64,000 nucleotides of DNA from Oopsacas minuta. Taxonomy: Eukaryota; Animalia; Porifera. The notes under the pieces are model-generated. The model saw nothing but the letters and a program-made list of their open reading frames with translations, had not been told where the DNA came from and did no database searches. Numbering within the stretch: the first letter of the stretch is position 1; every line of letters begins with the position of its first letter. The stretch is taken from the NCBI GenBank assembly GCA_024704765.1, contig JAKMXF010000324.1, forward strand, positions 1-64,000, given 5' to 3'. The translations under genes were made by a program, and so were the position numbers. This document shows positions 63,855 through 64,000 of the stretch, in pieces.

Positions 63855-64000
63855 TACTACTTTTTTGCCCTGAAACCCTTCAAAGATTCCATAGCATATA
63901 TATATAAAAATAAACAACAATAAAACAAACAAATCAATCTGAAGCAGTACTACTGCTTATCGTATCAAAACAAAGACTCGTGATACTAGATATACTCGAG

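Overview
AT-rich, gene-dense eukaryotic (metazoan) genomic DNA, not prokaryotic. Gene content, short GT-AG introns and an N-terminally truncated NHL-repeat gene are consistent with a compact sponge genome, possibly a glass sponge (Hexactinellida, Oopsacas-like); this taxonomy is inference. About 19 protein-coding genes can be reconstructed by hand: an Ig/FN3 receptor with ITIM/ITSM tail, cathepsin B, GCNA/SprT protease, SNAPC5-like, three NT-C2 + thioredoxin-like + PH paralogues, a PEAK1/Pragmin pseudokinase, two paralogous orphan coiled-coil proteins, p22phox (CYBA), an NHL propeller, a PTB endocytic adaptor, an NSD H3K36 methyltransferase, an orphan 7TM protein, separase, EHD, PRP4 kinase and the first exon of a kanadaptin-like gene. 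Several short non-autonomous DNA-transposon families (pogo/Tc1-like TA-CAGT MITEs, hAT-like MITEs) and decayed retroelement fragments lie in introns and spacers. Main observations: (1) two antisense genes nested in the LAST intron of a host gene (GCNA in cathepsin B, PRP4 kinase in EHD); (2) a YAG splice acceptor 1-17 nt before the ATG in 15 of 19 genes, plus co-oriented gene runs with gaps of about 250-700 bp, suggesting SL trans-splicing and operon-like units; (3) an apparently undescribed NT-C2/redox-dead nucleoredoxin-like/PH protein family; (4) a second orphan family with conserved N- and C-terminal motifs; (5) predicted 32-34 nt introns. All assignments come from reading motifs by eye; no searches were run.
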